A stretch of 53,992 nt of DNA. It comes from Octopus bimaculoides (lineage: Eukaryota). Both the position numbers and the translations under genes were made by a program. The stretch lies in assembly GCF_001194135.2 (NCBI RefSeq), contig NC_068991.1, positions 76,909,073-76,963,064 of the forward strand. Reading direction: 5' to 3'. Of this stretch, positions 11,850-23,700 are shown one piece after another; positions within the stretch are counted from its first letter, which is position 1; each line of letters begins with the position of its first letter. The notes under the pieces were generated by a model. That model was not told the DNA's origin, did no database searches, and worked only from the letters and a program-made list of their open reading frames with translations.

Positions 11850-12410
11850 GAACCACATTGTTAAAATGGAAGTTTTATAATTTAATGTTGAGTTTGTCCA
11901 ACTTTGGCATGATTCATCATAACTCCAATACATTAAAGAACTGACTTGTACAGATTCTGAAGAGCTGTTAGGAGAATTTTAAGCCATTTTCCAAGTTCTT
12001 CAGGCTCTGGTTTTTTTCAGCAATAATGGCAGAGGAAAGTGATTCTTCACTTGCTGCTTCAAAAATTACCATAAACATTCAGTTATATCGAGATGCAGTA
12101 GTTGTGTGTAAAGGTAATGCAAGTGGCCTAGTTCACTTTTGTGCTCTTTGAACCAGTTTTGAATAACTTTAGCCACGTGAACTGGGGCATTTAATATCTT
12201 GGAAGATATTAATTAAGGATCAATGTGTGTAGGGTGAACATGATCAGCCAAAATACTCATAGAACTGTTGGCATCAAGTCTGCCATATAGAACAACTAAA
12301 GGACCAAGAGAATGCAATGATATGGCTGCCCAAGACATTACAGAGCCACTTGAATGGATTATGGTAGAGGCCAAACAGGTTTCTGTGGGATGACTCCAGA
12401 CATAAACTGG
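11850..12410 (-). mobile_element. Tc1/mariner transposase relic (DDE region to C-terminus)
   Basis: GSVMSWAAISLHSLGPLVVLYGRLDANSSMSILADHVHP, then IFQD...AKVIQNWFKEH...ECLW; typical Tc1 DD34E context with stops and frameshifts. Confidence 0.85.
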
Positions 12411-12660
12411 CCCCAAAGAAGGAGAAAGGGTGAGTGATGATTCTGATAGTCTAGTCATAATTTTTCCTGTCTATCAGTGTTGATGGGTGATAAGAGAGGT
12501 TTAGCAATGGCAGTCCTTCCATGGTATCCAGCTTTAAGGAGCTCAGCAATGAATGGTTTGGGCTGACACAGTATTGGCAAAGAGGTGGCTTAGCTCTGCA
12601 GTCACTTTTGCTGCCATAGGCAATGGGTTTTAGATACAATGCATATCACTGTTCTGTGGT
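12410..12660. repeat. Unclassified dispersed repeat
   Basis: ggagaaagggtgagtga.g..ctgatagtct is shared with 46070-46110. Confidence 0.45.
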
Positions 12661-12978
12661 CCTTCACAGATGGAGGGCAAAGCGCTCTAGATGGAGTGCT
12701 TTGCCCTCCATCTAGAATTATGTTTGCCAGAGCTGGTTTTATCTTTTTGTGGAACCATCATGAATGTAGAGACTATCTCTCAAAACAGTAAACGGTTAAG
12801 CAATTTCAGGGATTGAAGTACCAAACATCCACATCCCAACAGTTTGTCCCCTTTGGAAATCAGACAGGTCACACATTTTAACTTATTTAAATATAAATAT
12901 CAGCAAAAAATGACAAACAGGGTTAGATCATGAAATATGACTATATAATGCTTACAAACGCATATATATATATATATA

Positions 12979-13572
12979 NNNNNNNNNNNNNNNNNNNNNN
13001 NNNNNNNNNNNNNNNNNNNNNNNNNNNNNNNNNNNNNNNNNNNNNNNNNNNNNNNNNNNNNNNNNNNNNNNNNNNNNNNNNNNNNNNNNNNNNNNNNNNN
13101 NNNNNNNNNNNNNNNNNNNNNNNNNNNNNNNNNNNNNNNNNNNNNNNNNNNNNNNNNNNNNNNNNNNNNNNNNNNNNNNNNNNNNNNNNNNNNNNNNNNN
13201 NNNNNNNNNNNNNNNNNNNNNNNNNNNNNNNNNNNNNNNNNNNNNNNNNNNNNNNNNNNNNNNNNNNNNNNNNNNNNNNNNNNNNNNNNNNNNNNNNNNN
13301 NNNNNNNNNNNNNNNNNNNNNNNNNNNNNNNNNNNNNNNNNNNNNNNNNNNNNNNNNNNNNNNNNNNNNNNNNNNNNNNNNNNNNNNNNNNNNNNNNNNN
13401 NNNNNNNNNNNNNNNNNNNNNNNNNNNNNNNNNNNNNNNNNNNNNNNNNNNNNNNNNNNNNNNNNNNNNNNNNNNNNNNNNNNNNNNNNNNNNNNNNNNN
13501 NNNNNNNNNNNNNNNNNNNNNNNNNNNNNNNNNNNNNNNNNNNNNNNNNNNNNNNNNNNNNNNNNNNNNNNN
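12979..13572. other. Assembly gap (N), flanked by (AT)n
   Basis: N run. Confidence 1.
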
Positions 13573-13574
13573 TA

Positions 13575-13920
13575 TATATATATATATATATCCAACAGGT
13601 TTCTTTCAGTTTCCATCTACCAAATCCACTCACAAGGCTTTGGTCGGCCTGAGGCTATAGTAGAAGACACTTGCCCAGGGTGCCACACAGTGGGACTGAA
13701 CCCGGAACCATGAAGTTGGGATGCAAGCTTCTTACTGCACAGCCACTCATGTGCCTTATTTATAAGTCTGGTATTTATTTTATGAGTCTCTTTTGCTGAA
13801 CTGCTTAGTAATGTGGATGTTAACAAACCAAAACCAATTGTCACGTGGTAGTTGGAGACTAACACAAAGACACACATACAATGGGATTCCACACAATTTC
13901 CGTCAACCAAATTCACTCCT
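13575..13920 (-). mobile_element. SINE family C, two adjacent fragments
   Basis: ttctttcagtttccatctaccaaatccactcacaaggctttgg...cacttgcccagggtgccac...gggactgaacccggaacc. Confidence 0.85.
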
Positions 13921-14700
13921 GATGTGTGCATGTCTCTGTCTTGACATTGTGTGACGGCCACGACAAGCACCACCATTGAACAAACAATGCTGTTTGCTTC
14001 CGATCTCTTGCCCTGAAAATATGTCAGACCATAAGGAAAATAGATGAAGTTTGGTGGCAGGAAGGACATTTCACTGTAGAAAACCTGCCTCAACAAATTC
14101 TGCCTGAGTCATGCAAGCATGGAAAAGTAGAATGTTAAGATGATGGAAGTTATATTTGTTACAACATATAATATTTTGCACTTCTAACTATTAGTAAAAG
14201 GAGACTCTCAGCCAGGGATGGCCAAGTTGTTTGATAAGAAGAAACATGTATGATAATTTTTCCTTCAAGAGCTGCAATACATATTTTAAAAATTATATTT
14301 ATAAATCTGAGAAAATAAAGCTGTGTAGATTTACTTGCTATAGTGGATTGATATATATCTGCTCACTGAAGGCGTTTATTAAATCTTTATTTTGCAGTTA
14401 ATACTTTAAAATCCGGCTTGTAGGATGTAAAAGCAGCTTTAGGAAAAATAACACCAAAACCCAGTATTAGCTTGGGAAGTGAAGTTTAGCCACTGTTGCT
14501 CTATGCAGTCATTTGAGTTACTAGAAACAACAGTTAACTCCCTCTGATGTCGAAGGTGTAAAAAAAAAACAAAAAAAAAATACAGAACATTTCACAGTGT
14601 AGTCACAGATATGTGAAAAATATTAACAGACAAAAACAAAATGGTTGTATTTTGGAAAACCTTTGTTCTCAGGACTACATGCTCAGAGCAGACTTGCAGT

Positions 14701-14732
<32 letters not shown>

Positions 14733-14995
14733 CAGTCACTGCACTGGTGATCTGTCTGATGTTAGATGTATTATTATGTACAAGACATCAAGGAAGCAAC
14801 TGCTGATAATGACCCATTCCACACTGCTGAAATACAGCCTATCATTATAAACAGTAATAATAATGTTGTCATTGACTACCCTACAGGTCAACTCTGACCA
14901 AGCAGTTCTATGAGCTAAGTTGTACAAGCAGCAAACATCTTGTCATTTTTATTTCAGGCAGTACTTCTAAGACCACATTATCTAATGTTATTCGT

Positions 14996-15203
14996 TAACA
15001 TTCAGATTCCTCTGTCAAATGTAATCCTTATTTATTCACATTATTTTGACATAATCCTGCATTATCTCATAGCTTTGAGATTTCAATGATATGATTATTT
15101 ATCTTCAGAATGACATTGTAGGGTAGGGTGTGAGAGGCCAGATCTGGCCAGTTTGAACAAAAAAAAACAAGTAGAATATTTGGGCTGGATATGGCCAGTT
15201 AAA
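14996..15203. mobile_element. MITE-like repeat
   Basis: attcagattcctctgtcaaatgtaa...gagaggccagatctggccag...gatatggccagtt; recognised as a common short repeat, with termini eroded here. Confidence 0.45.
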
Positions 15204-15354
15204 AAATTTTTTTTTTTATTAGAGAATAGATTTTTTTATAAGAGAATAGATCTTTTGTAAGAGAATAGATTTGAGGGAGATTTAGTTCTTAATTCTAGCA
15301 GGTTGAGTAACTGCATAGAAGTTCAGTTGTTTTGTTAACTAACAATGATGTGTT

Positions 15355-15600
15355 TGGACACCAGTTCACATGGCAAAGGCTATTTAAAACTGGTTCGAAG
15401 AGCACAGATAGATTGCCCTTACACAATTACTGGATCTCAATATAATAGAATATTTATGGTGCCTTTTAGAGTAGCAAGTGAGGAACCACTTTCCTCTGCC
15501 ATCACCTCTGAAAGAGCTTGAAGAACTTGAAGAATGGCTTAAAATCTGGAGAATGATTGTGGCCTCACCAAAATTTGGATTGTGGTTTCCATCAAGTCTA
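15355..15600 (+). mobile_element. Tc1 relic, same family as 11850-12410
   Basis: ccagttcacatggc...aaaactggttcgaagagcac...gcaagtgaggaaccactttcctctgcc...gaatggcttaaaat matches the reverse complement of ~11960-12190. Confidence 0.8.
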
Positions 15601-15879
15601 AGACATGGAGGTACTTATTTTCACCATCATTGTCATGTTGTTTGAATACATAGAGGTTTGAGAGAAATTTAGCTGCTATTTTTTGCAGGTCAAGTGAGCA
15701 CATAAATCAAGTGGCTACTGAGGTGTTCTCTGTGGCATTGCACTTTTATAAAAAATTCTGAAATTTAATGTTTGTGGATTATTGAACCATTGATGGCTTT
15801 TAGATAGTCACTTGCATTATGATGTTTTTTTTACTCATATTAGCATTGCCAATGAAAGACAAGGGGCTGGGGGAACCAT

Positions 15880-16110
15880 CATTGTCATCATATGATATCT
15901 GTTATCCATGCTGGCATGGGTTGGACAGCTAAGCAAGTTCCAATGAGCTAGAGGACTGTGTTGAGCTCCAATGTCTGTTTTGACATGATTTTTACAGCTG
16001 AATGTGCTTCCTAATGCCAACCACTTTACAGAATGTGCCAGGTACCTTTTTTGAAACACCAGTCCCAGGGAGATCACCAAATAACTAACAAAACAAAACA
16101 AAAGACCCCT
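15880..16110 (-). mobile_element. SINE family A, degenerate
   Basis: ccatgctggcatgggttggacag...cttcctaatgccaaccactttacag. Confidence 0.75.
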
Positions 16111-19100
16111 TCATCCGAATGAGGTTGTAGTAGAGAGGGAGGTTGCTTAATGCCAAGTATTGAAGGGCTAAACTATGACAGAAGGACAAACACAAGTATT
16201 TTGCTGTAGAGAAGACACACGATTACCTTGCATTATATATTGGTGGCTGGGAGGAGCTGGGAAGATGTCAATGATGGTGGTGCAAGGTATCATAGATACA
16301 AGATACAAGAAGGTGAGTATAAGAGAGAATATGGACAAAGAGTCAAGAAAGGATGCTGGATACGTTTGGCAGAGTGTGATATTTTTGTATGGTATAATAC
16401 ACTTGTGGACCATGAGCAAATGTAAAGAAAACAAAAGATGCTCTTCCCTGATATAGAAGTTAAATCGTGGAGCATTGGTTCGTAAGTTCTTTATAAAATA
16501 CATGGTTTTACAATAGGGATTTATAACATACTCAAAAATTCATACTATAAGTTGGTTTCAAATTCCAATCAGAGTCGAATCCAGTTTCACTGATACCACT
16601 CATTAATGTAACTGAAAATGCATGATCATCACAACTTCTCAATTTCATCTAAGTCCAATAAAGCTGAGACTTCATGTCTGTAAAAGAAAGAAAGAAAACA
16701 CCGAAATCATTAAGATGCCACTTTGAATCAAGAAGACAGTCAGACCATGAGATTAAATCTGAAGAACAATCTCGATATATACACTACACACGTATACATC
16801 CATACTCGTACGCATGCACACATATGTGTTCCATTCAGTCGTCATCATGCAGCAGCTTTATAACATCAAAGGAACATAATTGACTGGGGTGATGGGAGAA
16901 AATGGGAGAGGTGGGTGGAGGAAATGAAGACCAGTTAAATAAAAGTCACAAGATCACTGACCTTCTTCATCAGACGATAACAGTCCTGTAATTTGAAACT
17001 ATTATCTCTCTATTTCTTTTTTTTTATTATGATTCTTTCTCTCTTTCAATTTTGGTTTCCAATTTTGCTTCTTTAGGTGAAGGAAACTATTGGCAATATC
17101 ACCACTGGCATCGGTTTCATCATCACCATCCTTGTCATTATCATGATTGTCAATCAGTGCTGTTGTTATCATAATAGGAAATGCATAAACATCACAAGTT
17201 CCCAAAGGCATTCTTCAAAAATCAGTCAAGATTTTCTTCAACACCAGTATCATCACAATCACCATTGTCACCAAATCACCAAACTATCACATACTGTAAA
17301 CTATGGAAGCCTGTACATGGTCACCTGAATAGCAAGAAATGGTACCCAAATTTTCTTCAAATCACATGCTAATTTCTGATATAAGAATGCACTGGATTGG
17401 ATTAAAGAATTCCCTCTCCTTTTTTTTTTTCACCTCATTGTTTACTGAGTCAATGGAATATTTTCAATTCACTATGTTACATGAGACCCTGCAATATCTG
17501 TATTTAGTATGCTGAACTATCTCCAAAGTTATTTGAATAATTGCAAATACACATAACCAGTGTCATTACCATTCCTACTATTTCTGTTTATATTTCTAGT
17601 GATTACTCTTAGTTTGGCAAACTGTGGAGAATATTCTTTGCTGAGAAGGTGTAATAAGGCTGAAACATGTTTGTTGTTTTCAGAATTTAACTATGAACCC
17701 TCAGCCCACCCTCATATTGTTAAGTGACCAGCGATAGGAAGGGCCCCCCCCCCTGTAAAAACCAAAAATGTTTCTGTACGTCTGTCTAGGATTTCCCAGT
17801 GAGTCAATGGGTACAAAAAGCAAGTGTTTTTCTTTTAATATTAGGATGATATTTTTCTCTATCTTTGTGGTATTTACTCCACTGAACCGGAAAAAGCTTA
17901 TGCACTAGAAATAAATGATAATATAATACTGAGTTAGTAGCGTGAAGGAAACTTTAGTTTACATAACAATTATGATTAAACTTTGTTTCTTAAGAAAATT
18001 CCTGTGATAAGTTTACAGAGAAAGAGTGAGACAAGTCAAAGAAAATGGATTTAGAAGTTTTCTTCCTTTCTGGGGCTCACTGAAAATCAAAGTATAAATC
18101 TGGTCGGAAGTTCAAAAGTAAAAGAACTTTAACAGGTGTTAAGCCGAATGTAACTAAGAAAGCCATCCACCATTTTGCACTAAATTTTCGCGTCTCCACT
18201 TTTTCAATTCCAACCCTCTGAGGTCATGATTGTTTTCACTCCTCCGGTATCTGCTCAATACATACAATCAATATTCCTCTTCTACAAATTGGTAACTTTT
18301 TACCAATGTGAGAAACCACACACATATTATAAACAGGATGTAACTAAATTTCTACAGCTATCAGATTGAAAGACTTCATGTTCAATAAAAATAAATCGAC
18401 AGTTTATTGTTTTAAAAGCAGGATTTCCTCTATAATTAAGGAAATGAGGACAATGAAAATAAATAAGACTGCTGATAATAGATGAGGACACAACTAGCTT
18501 GGATACGAATAAGAGTCTGCGGCTAAATTTCTTTTCCTATTTGAACCTTTTGCTTTTGCATTGCGTGAACGTCACACACCAATTTCTCAACTTCTGTGAA
18601 TTTCTTTAAAATAAAACTCAATGAAAATTGGAAGTGAACAAATAAAAAATATATATCAGTGAAAAATTTTAAGAAGCGGTTTATAAGAAATATGTTTTGA
18701 ATATGGCAAGAAACAAACTTCGCTCGACAGCTTGCTTTCAGAATGGCAGCAAAGAAGTTGTGCTGGAAGCAACGTCAAAGAACATAGCAAAGAAAAACAG
18801 AATGCCGAAGCAATAGAGAAGGATGGAGAAAAGAAACGTGGACATCAAGTAGCAGAGAGGGATATAGACGACAAAAACATGCAAGGATGAAGCAGTAGAG
18901 AAGGATTGAAAAGAAGAAAAAGATGAACTGAGTAAACGAACAAATTTAACATGTTTCATGAACTTAAAATGACAAAGACAGTTATCGTCACGTTTTCTGG
19001 TGTTCAAGAAAGAAAGAAAAATATCATAAAATGGTAAAGAACTGAGATCCGTTGAAATATAATTCAAACAGACCTTTAAAATCTCTGCCATATTGGACAG

Positions 19101-20069
19101 TGAGTTAAAGAAAATGTGTAATTTCGAAAACGGAAAGACACCCATGTTACATCATGTTCAAACTCATTTATATATTGGCAAACAAATTAGTAATGGTAAA
19201 AATAATAAGACTCTCTCCAGCGATATCGGCAATTGTGAAAATGTGAACCGCTATTCTGTCACCTGTCCAGGTAAAAGGAAGTGGGGAAGTTTGGAGTATA
19301 AAATCTGATATTAATGATGGAGAAATCCAGATATAATATAATCCGATTATAACTTTTCGGATTGTTAATTAGCTTCATCTTTCAAAGAAACGAATTCTGT
19401 TTTAACATATATACATAAAACACCTACACGAATTTTCATCTGACTCTATGAAGTTAATAGTTTGAAAAATTTATAATCGTATTAAGAATCTCAGACATTT
19501 AGACATTTATGTAATCCGTTTATGAAAGACAAGTTTTCATGTGTGGAAGAGGCGACTGAAATGCTTCAAATAGAATATGGAAATCCGAAGAAGAAGATGA
19601 ACGATATATATATATAAATATAAAGTAGCTTTTCATGCCAGTAACTTCAGAGAAAAGGAAGACATTTGAACGGCATTACAAAGGTAAGCCTCCCTCGCAT
19701 CAATTACAAAGGATAACGAATGAGTCTGGCAATATCCAGTTAATTATCAGTGACCTCATGAGAGAACAATCAAGCTCTAACCGATAATTATCAGGAGACA
19801 GATTTAGAATCCACCCCATTTCTGCATTGAAGAAGGGAAGTGATGTCTCTCTTGGAAATAATCTTCATTTATCCCACAGTAAATACCTGTTGAAAGACCC
19901 AGTTACGAAGGTAAGCCAATGAAAGTTACTCTATTCTTGGTCAGAATGGTGAATTATCAGGTTAATTGTTGAGTCATATATCAGTTTTATGGCATCCAAT
20001 ATGGATTTGATTTTTCTATCTGGTCATCTGTAGACATCAAAGACAACAAAGTATAACTTAGGAGCCATA

Positions 20070-20200
20070 CGGTTGTTCGAACCGCTAGAAATAGCAACCA
20101 AATTTCCCTCAAATAGCACATATTAAAACAAGCCAGTGAAGGACATTGGGTATGTAGTAATGGTTAATGTATTTTTTGGATTTTCATTTCCAGGTCAAGA
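20070..20200 (+). mobile_element. Family D SINE-like fragment
   Basis: gaaccgctagaaatagcaaccaaatttccctcaaat...ggacattgggtatgtagt. Confidence 0.5.
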
Positions 20201-20261
20201 TGTAAATATTAGCCATAATTTTAAATAATCTTTAACAGAAATTATAGACAAGATTGTCAAG

Positions 20262-20526
20262 TTCTATATTTAAGAGATGAGGAATTATGTACATTATTTA
20301 CATTATTTTCTACATTTGATGGATATTTATCCTCATCTTGTTTGTTGTTAACACAACATTTCGGCTGATACATCCTCCAGCCTTCTTCAGGTGTCTTGGG
20401 GAAATTTCGAACCTCAGTTCTCATTCCTAAGGTATTTTTCAATGTTGTTATTATTATTCAGGTCACTGCTTGGAATCGAACTCGGAATCTTGGGGTTAGT
20501 AACCCGCACTCTTAACCACTATGCCT
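20262..20526 (-). mobile_element. Hammerhead-bearing tRNA-derived SINE (family H), near full length
   Basis: Minus strand reads ggcatagtggttaagagtgcggg...gagttcgattcc, (AAT)n, aataccttaggaatgag...gacacCTGAAGAaggctg..cagccGAAAtgttgtgtt...tatagaac. Confidence 0.9.
20350..20395 (-). ncRNA. Minimal type I hammerhead ribozyme motif
   Basis: GACAC CTGAAGA A GGCTG gaggatgtat CAGCC GAAA TGTT GTGTT; core intact (N7=A), stem III C>T. Confidence 0.75.
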
Positions 20527-20535
20527 ACAGGCATA

Positions 20536-20590
20536 TGGCATAGTGGTTAAGAGTGCGAGCTACTAACCCCAAGATTCTAAGTTCGATTCC
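20536..20590 (+). promoter_or_regulatory. Internal Pol III type-2 promoter (A and B boxes) of the SINE
   Basis: Matches TRGCNNAGTGG and GTTCGANNC consensus at tRNA-like spacing. Confidence 0.75.
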
Positions 20591-20625
20591 AGGCAGTGAC
20601 CTGAATAATAATAATAATAATAATC

Positions 20626-20662
<37 letters not shown>

Positions 20663-20711
20663 CATTGAAAAATACCTTAGAAATGAGAACCCAGGTTCGA
20701 AATTTCCCCAA

Positions 20712-20757
20712 GACACCTGATGAAAGCTGGAGGATATATCAGCCAAAACGTTGTGTT
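20712..20757 (+). ncRNA. Hammerhead motif, core-mutated (likely inactive)
   Basis: GACAC CTGATGA A AGCTG gaggatatat CAGCC AAAA CGTT GTGTT; G12>A and G10.1>A, but retains the AACGTT palindrome. Confidence 0.65.
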
Positions 20758-21220
20758 AACAACAAACAAGATGAGGACAAAATATCTGCCAAATGTAGAA
20801 AATAATGTAAAGATTGTCAAGGTTGGAATATATGATCATGCGTCTGTTCAATGACAAATGTTCAAACTCATGGATGATCTTTCAGTTTATGATCCCTACA
20901 ACGAACCCATGGATTTCAGTGGAAATCGGCATAAGAAAATGAAAAGGCATTCCGCTCCAATAGAGTCGGAAATTATCTGGTGCACCAAAAAAAATAATAA
21001 TAAAATAAATAAATAAAATGGTAATTTTTCCGGATCTGTATGTTCTAACTATCGTTGAATAAAGATCTCCCAAAATCAAAGAAGGGATGGGCCAGTGGGT
21101 GGATTTTCACCCCGTCTTCCCTAAATCTTTAACTGATATTTTTCAATTTTTTTTTTTTTTATTTGTTTCTCATAATTTTGAAGAATCATAATCTCAGAAG
21201 TATAAAACACAAAACTGATA

Positions 21221-21600
21221 TCATCATCATCATCATCATCATCATCATCGTTTAACGTCCGTTTTCCATGCTGGCATGGGTTGGACGGTTTGACTGAGGA
21301 CTGGCAAGCTAGTAGGTTGCACAAGGCTCCAATCTGATCTGGCAAGGTTTCTACAGCTGGATGCCCTTCCTAATGCCAATCACTCCGAGAATGTAGTGGA
21401 TACTTTTTACATATCACCAGCATGGGAGCCAGTCAGGTGACACTGACATTGACCATGTCCAGATGGTGCTTTTTACATGCCACCAGCACAGGAGCTAGTC
21501 GGGAGGCACTGGCATCAACCATGTTCGAATGGTGATCTTTACATGTCACCAGCACAGGTGCCAGTCAGGCGGGACTGGCATTGACTCACATGGTTTGTTG
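21221..21600 (-). mobile_element. SINE family A with internal tandem subrepeats
   Basis: (CAT)n cgtttaacgtccgttttccatgctggcatgggttgg...; three ~60-70 bp acat.tcaccagca..gg.gccagtc units. Confidence 0.88.
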
Positions 21601-21764
21601 TGCAGCATAATGCAAATTCTCCCAATCAAAAAAGCATTTACTTGTACTGGTGCATGGTGTGCCACGTGTCAGATGCTAAATCAATTATAGATTTGAGATC
21701 AGAGTGGTCTTACTCTAGTCTAGTTGCTCAAAAGCTACAGCGACCAAGACAAACAAATCAACCA

Positions 21765-21898
21765 CAGGGCTTACTCTTTGTAAGCCTAGTACTTATTTTA
21801 TTGGTCTGTTTTGCTGAACTGCTAAGTTATGGTGACGTAAACACACTAACATCAGCTGCCAAGTGATGGTGGTGGGGACAAACACAGACATAAATACA

Positions 21899-21932
<34 letters not shown>

Positions 21933-22075
21933 ATATACAATGGGCTTCTTTCAGTTTCCATCTACCAAATCCACTCACAAGGCTTTGATTGGCCCGAGGC
22001 TATAGTAGAAACACTCGGCTAAGGGACTGAACCTGGAACCATGTGGTTGGGAAGTAAGCTTCTTACCACACATGC
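21765..22075 (-). mobile_element. SINE family C
   Basis: ctttgtaagcctagtactta...ttcagtttccatctaccaaatccactcacaaggc...gggactgaacctggaaccatgtggttgg. Confidence 0.88.
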
Positions 22076-22629
22076 CTATTTTCCATGGTGGCATGGTTTA
22101 TAGGGTTAGATGCCATTTTGTCATCAATTACTTTACAAAGTGTACTAAGTGCATTTTTTCGTGACACCACCATTGTAGATTTTACCATGCCCTTGGCAAG
22201 ACTTAAGAACCCTTCCCACCCCAGTCCAGTGTTTTTGCCTGCTTGATTAACCAACTACTTTATAAAGAGTTCTGAGTGATATTTTTCCAAAGCACCAGCA
22301 CCAGTGAGGTTATATGTAACTGGTAAAATTAAGGAGCAGCTACAACCGGAAGGGAGAATGGGAGGGAGTGATGATGGAAGAAAAAAGTGTGAAGCAAAGT
22401 ATAAATGGGAGGAAAAGTCTTATTGTTGTGAGAGGGGAGGTAGTGGAGAGTGAAACCCGAGGAGACAGTGTTAGCATTAACAATGGAATGGGTGGTGTTG
22501 TGGTAGTTGGGAATCTGTAGAGTGAGAACAGTAAAGGCAAGGGGCTGGGGAAGCAGGGTGAGGAGAAGGATAGGCAGGAATGTAGCATTAGAGGCAGAGG
22601 ATGAATGGCCAGTTCTCTCTACATTGATT

Positions 22630-22772
22630 GCAACGCCAACCACTCCGAGAATGTAGTCGGTGCTTTTACGTGCCACCGGCACAAGGGCCAGTCACACAGT
22701 ACTGGCAACGGCCATGCTCAAAAGGTGTTTTTTACATGCCACCTGCATGGGAGCCAGTCCAGCGGCACTGGC
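22630..22772 (-). mobile_element. SINE family A, 5' portion
   Basis: caacgccaaccactccgagaatgtagtcggtgcttttacgtgccaccggcac. Confidence 0.8.
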
Positions 22773-22845
22773 ATTATATATATATATGTGTATGTATATA
22801 TAAATACACACTTATATAAACATCACACACACACACATACACAAT

Positions 22846-22888
<43 letters not shown>

Positions 22889-22899
22889 TATATATACAG

Positions 22900-22939
<40 letters not shown>

Positions 22940-23203
22940 NNNNNNNNNNNNNNNNNNNNNNNNNNNNNNNNNNNNNNNNNNNNNNNNNNNNNNNNNNNNN
23001 NNNNNNNNNNNNNNNNNNNNNNNNNNNNNNNNNNNNNNNNNNNNNNNNNNNNNNNNNNNNNNNNNNNNNNNNNNNNNNNNNNNNNNNNNNNNNNNNNNNN
23101 NNNNNNNNNNNNNNNNNNNNNNNNNNNNNNNNNNNNNNNNNNNNNNNNNNNNNNNNNNNNNNNNNNNNNNNNNNNNNNNNNNNNNNNNNNNNNNNNNNNN
23201 NNN
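22940..23203. other. Assembly gap (N) within (AT)/(CA) repeats
   Basis: N run. Confidence 1.
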
Positions 23204-23237
<34 letters not shown>

Positions 23238-23248
23238 TATATATACAG

Positions 23249-23290
<42 letters not shown>

Positions 23291-23301
23291 CTGTATATAT
23301 A

Positions 23302-23344
<43 letters not shown>

Positions 23345-23700
23345 ATTGTGTATGTGTGTGTGTGTGATGTTTATATAAGTGTGTATTTATATATACATAC
23401 ACATATATATATATAATGTATGTTTATTATATATATATGTTCGTGTGTGTGTGTGTATGTATATATATATATATATATATATAATTTGGGAGCTGTGAGA
23501 CAGAGAGAGTTTGAAGGTAACCATCTTGAATTACTTTGCTATATCCAATCAAATGTAGATGAGTTATAGGTTGTCTGCACTTGGAGTTACCATGATTTTA
23601 TTGATCGCAAGTATCAATCTCTCTCTCTGAAAAAAAAAAAATGAAAGCAAAAAGTAAAAATGAAAATAAAATAAAGAAAAACTGAAAACAAGCCACTTAC

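Larger units (their letters stand above)
20530..20809 (+). mobile_element. Hammerhead-bearing tRNA-derived SINE (family H), full head
   Basis: A box TGGCATAGTGG at 20536-20546, B box GTTCGATTCC at 20581-20590, (AAT)n linker ~20605-20660, hammerhead module. Confidence 0.9.

Noticed and set aside
12900-13652. 230-240 aa ORFs
   Set aside because: They are made of N-gap X residues plus (AT)n.
17886-18486. Assignment to ZNFX1/UPF1-like or PIF1 helicase from TGKS and IIDE motifs
   Set aside because: The motifs lie in broken frames, with spacing and motif order inconsistent with those families. Kept only as an unidentified region.
18738-19145. 135-aa minus-strand hydrophobic ORF
   Set aside because: Its composition is the antisense shadow of an A/G-rich plus strand; no recognisable domain.
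20530-20603. tRNA gene
   Set aside because: A/B boxes and an anticodon-like loop are present, but there is no acceptor stem. It is the head of a multicopy SINE.
22772-23418. Apparently perfect ~170-200 bp inverted duplication
   Set aside because: The arms are identical, simple-repeat-rich and span an N gap in self-complementary (AT)n; most likely an assembly artefact.
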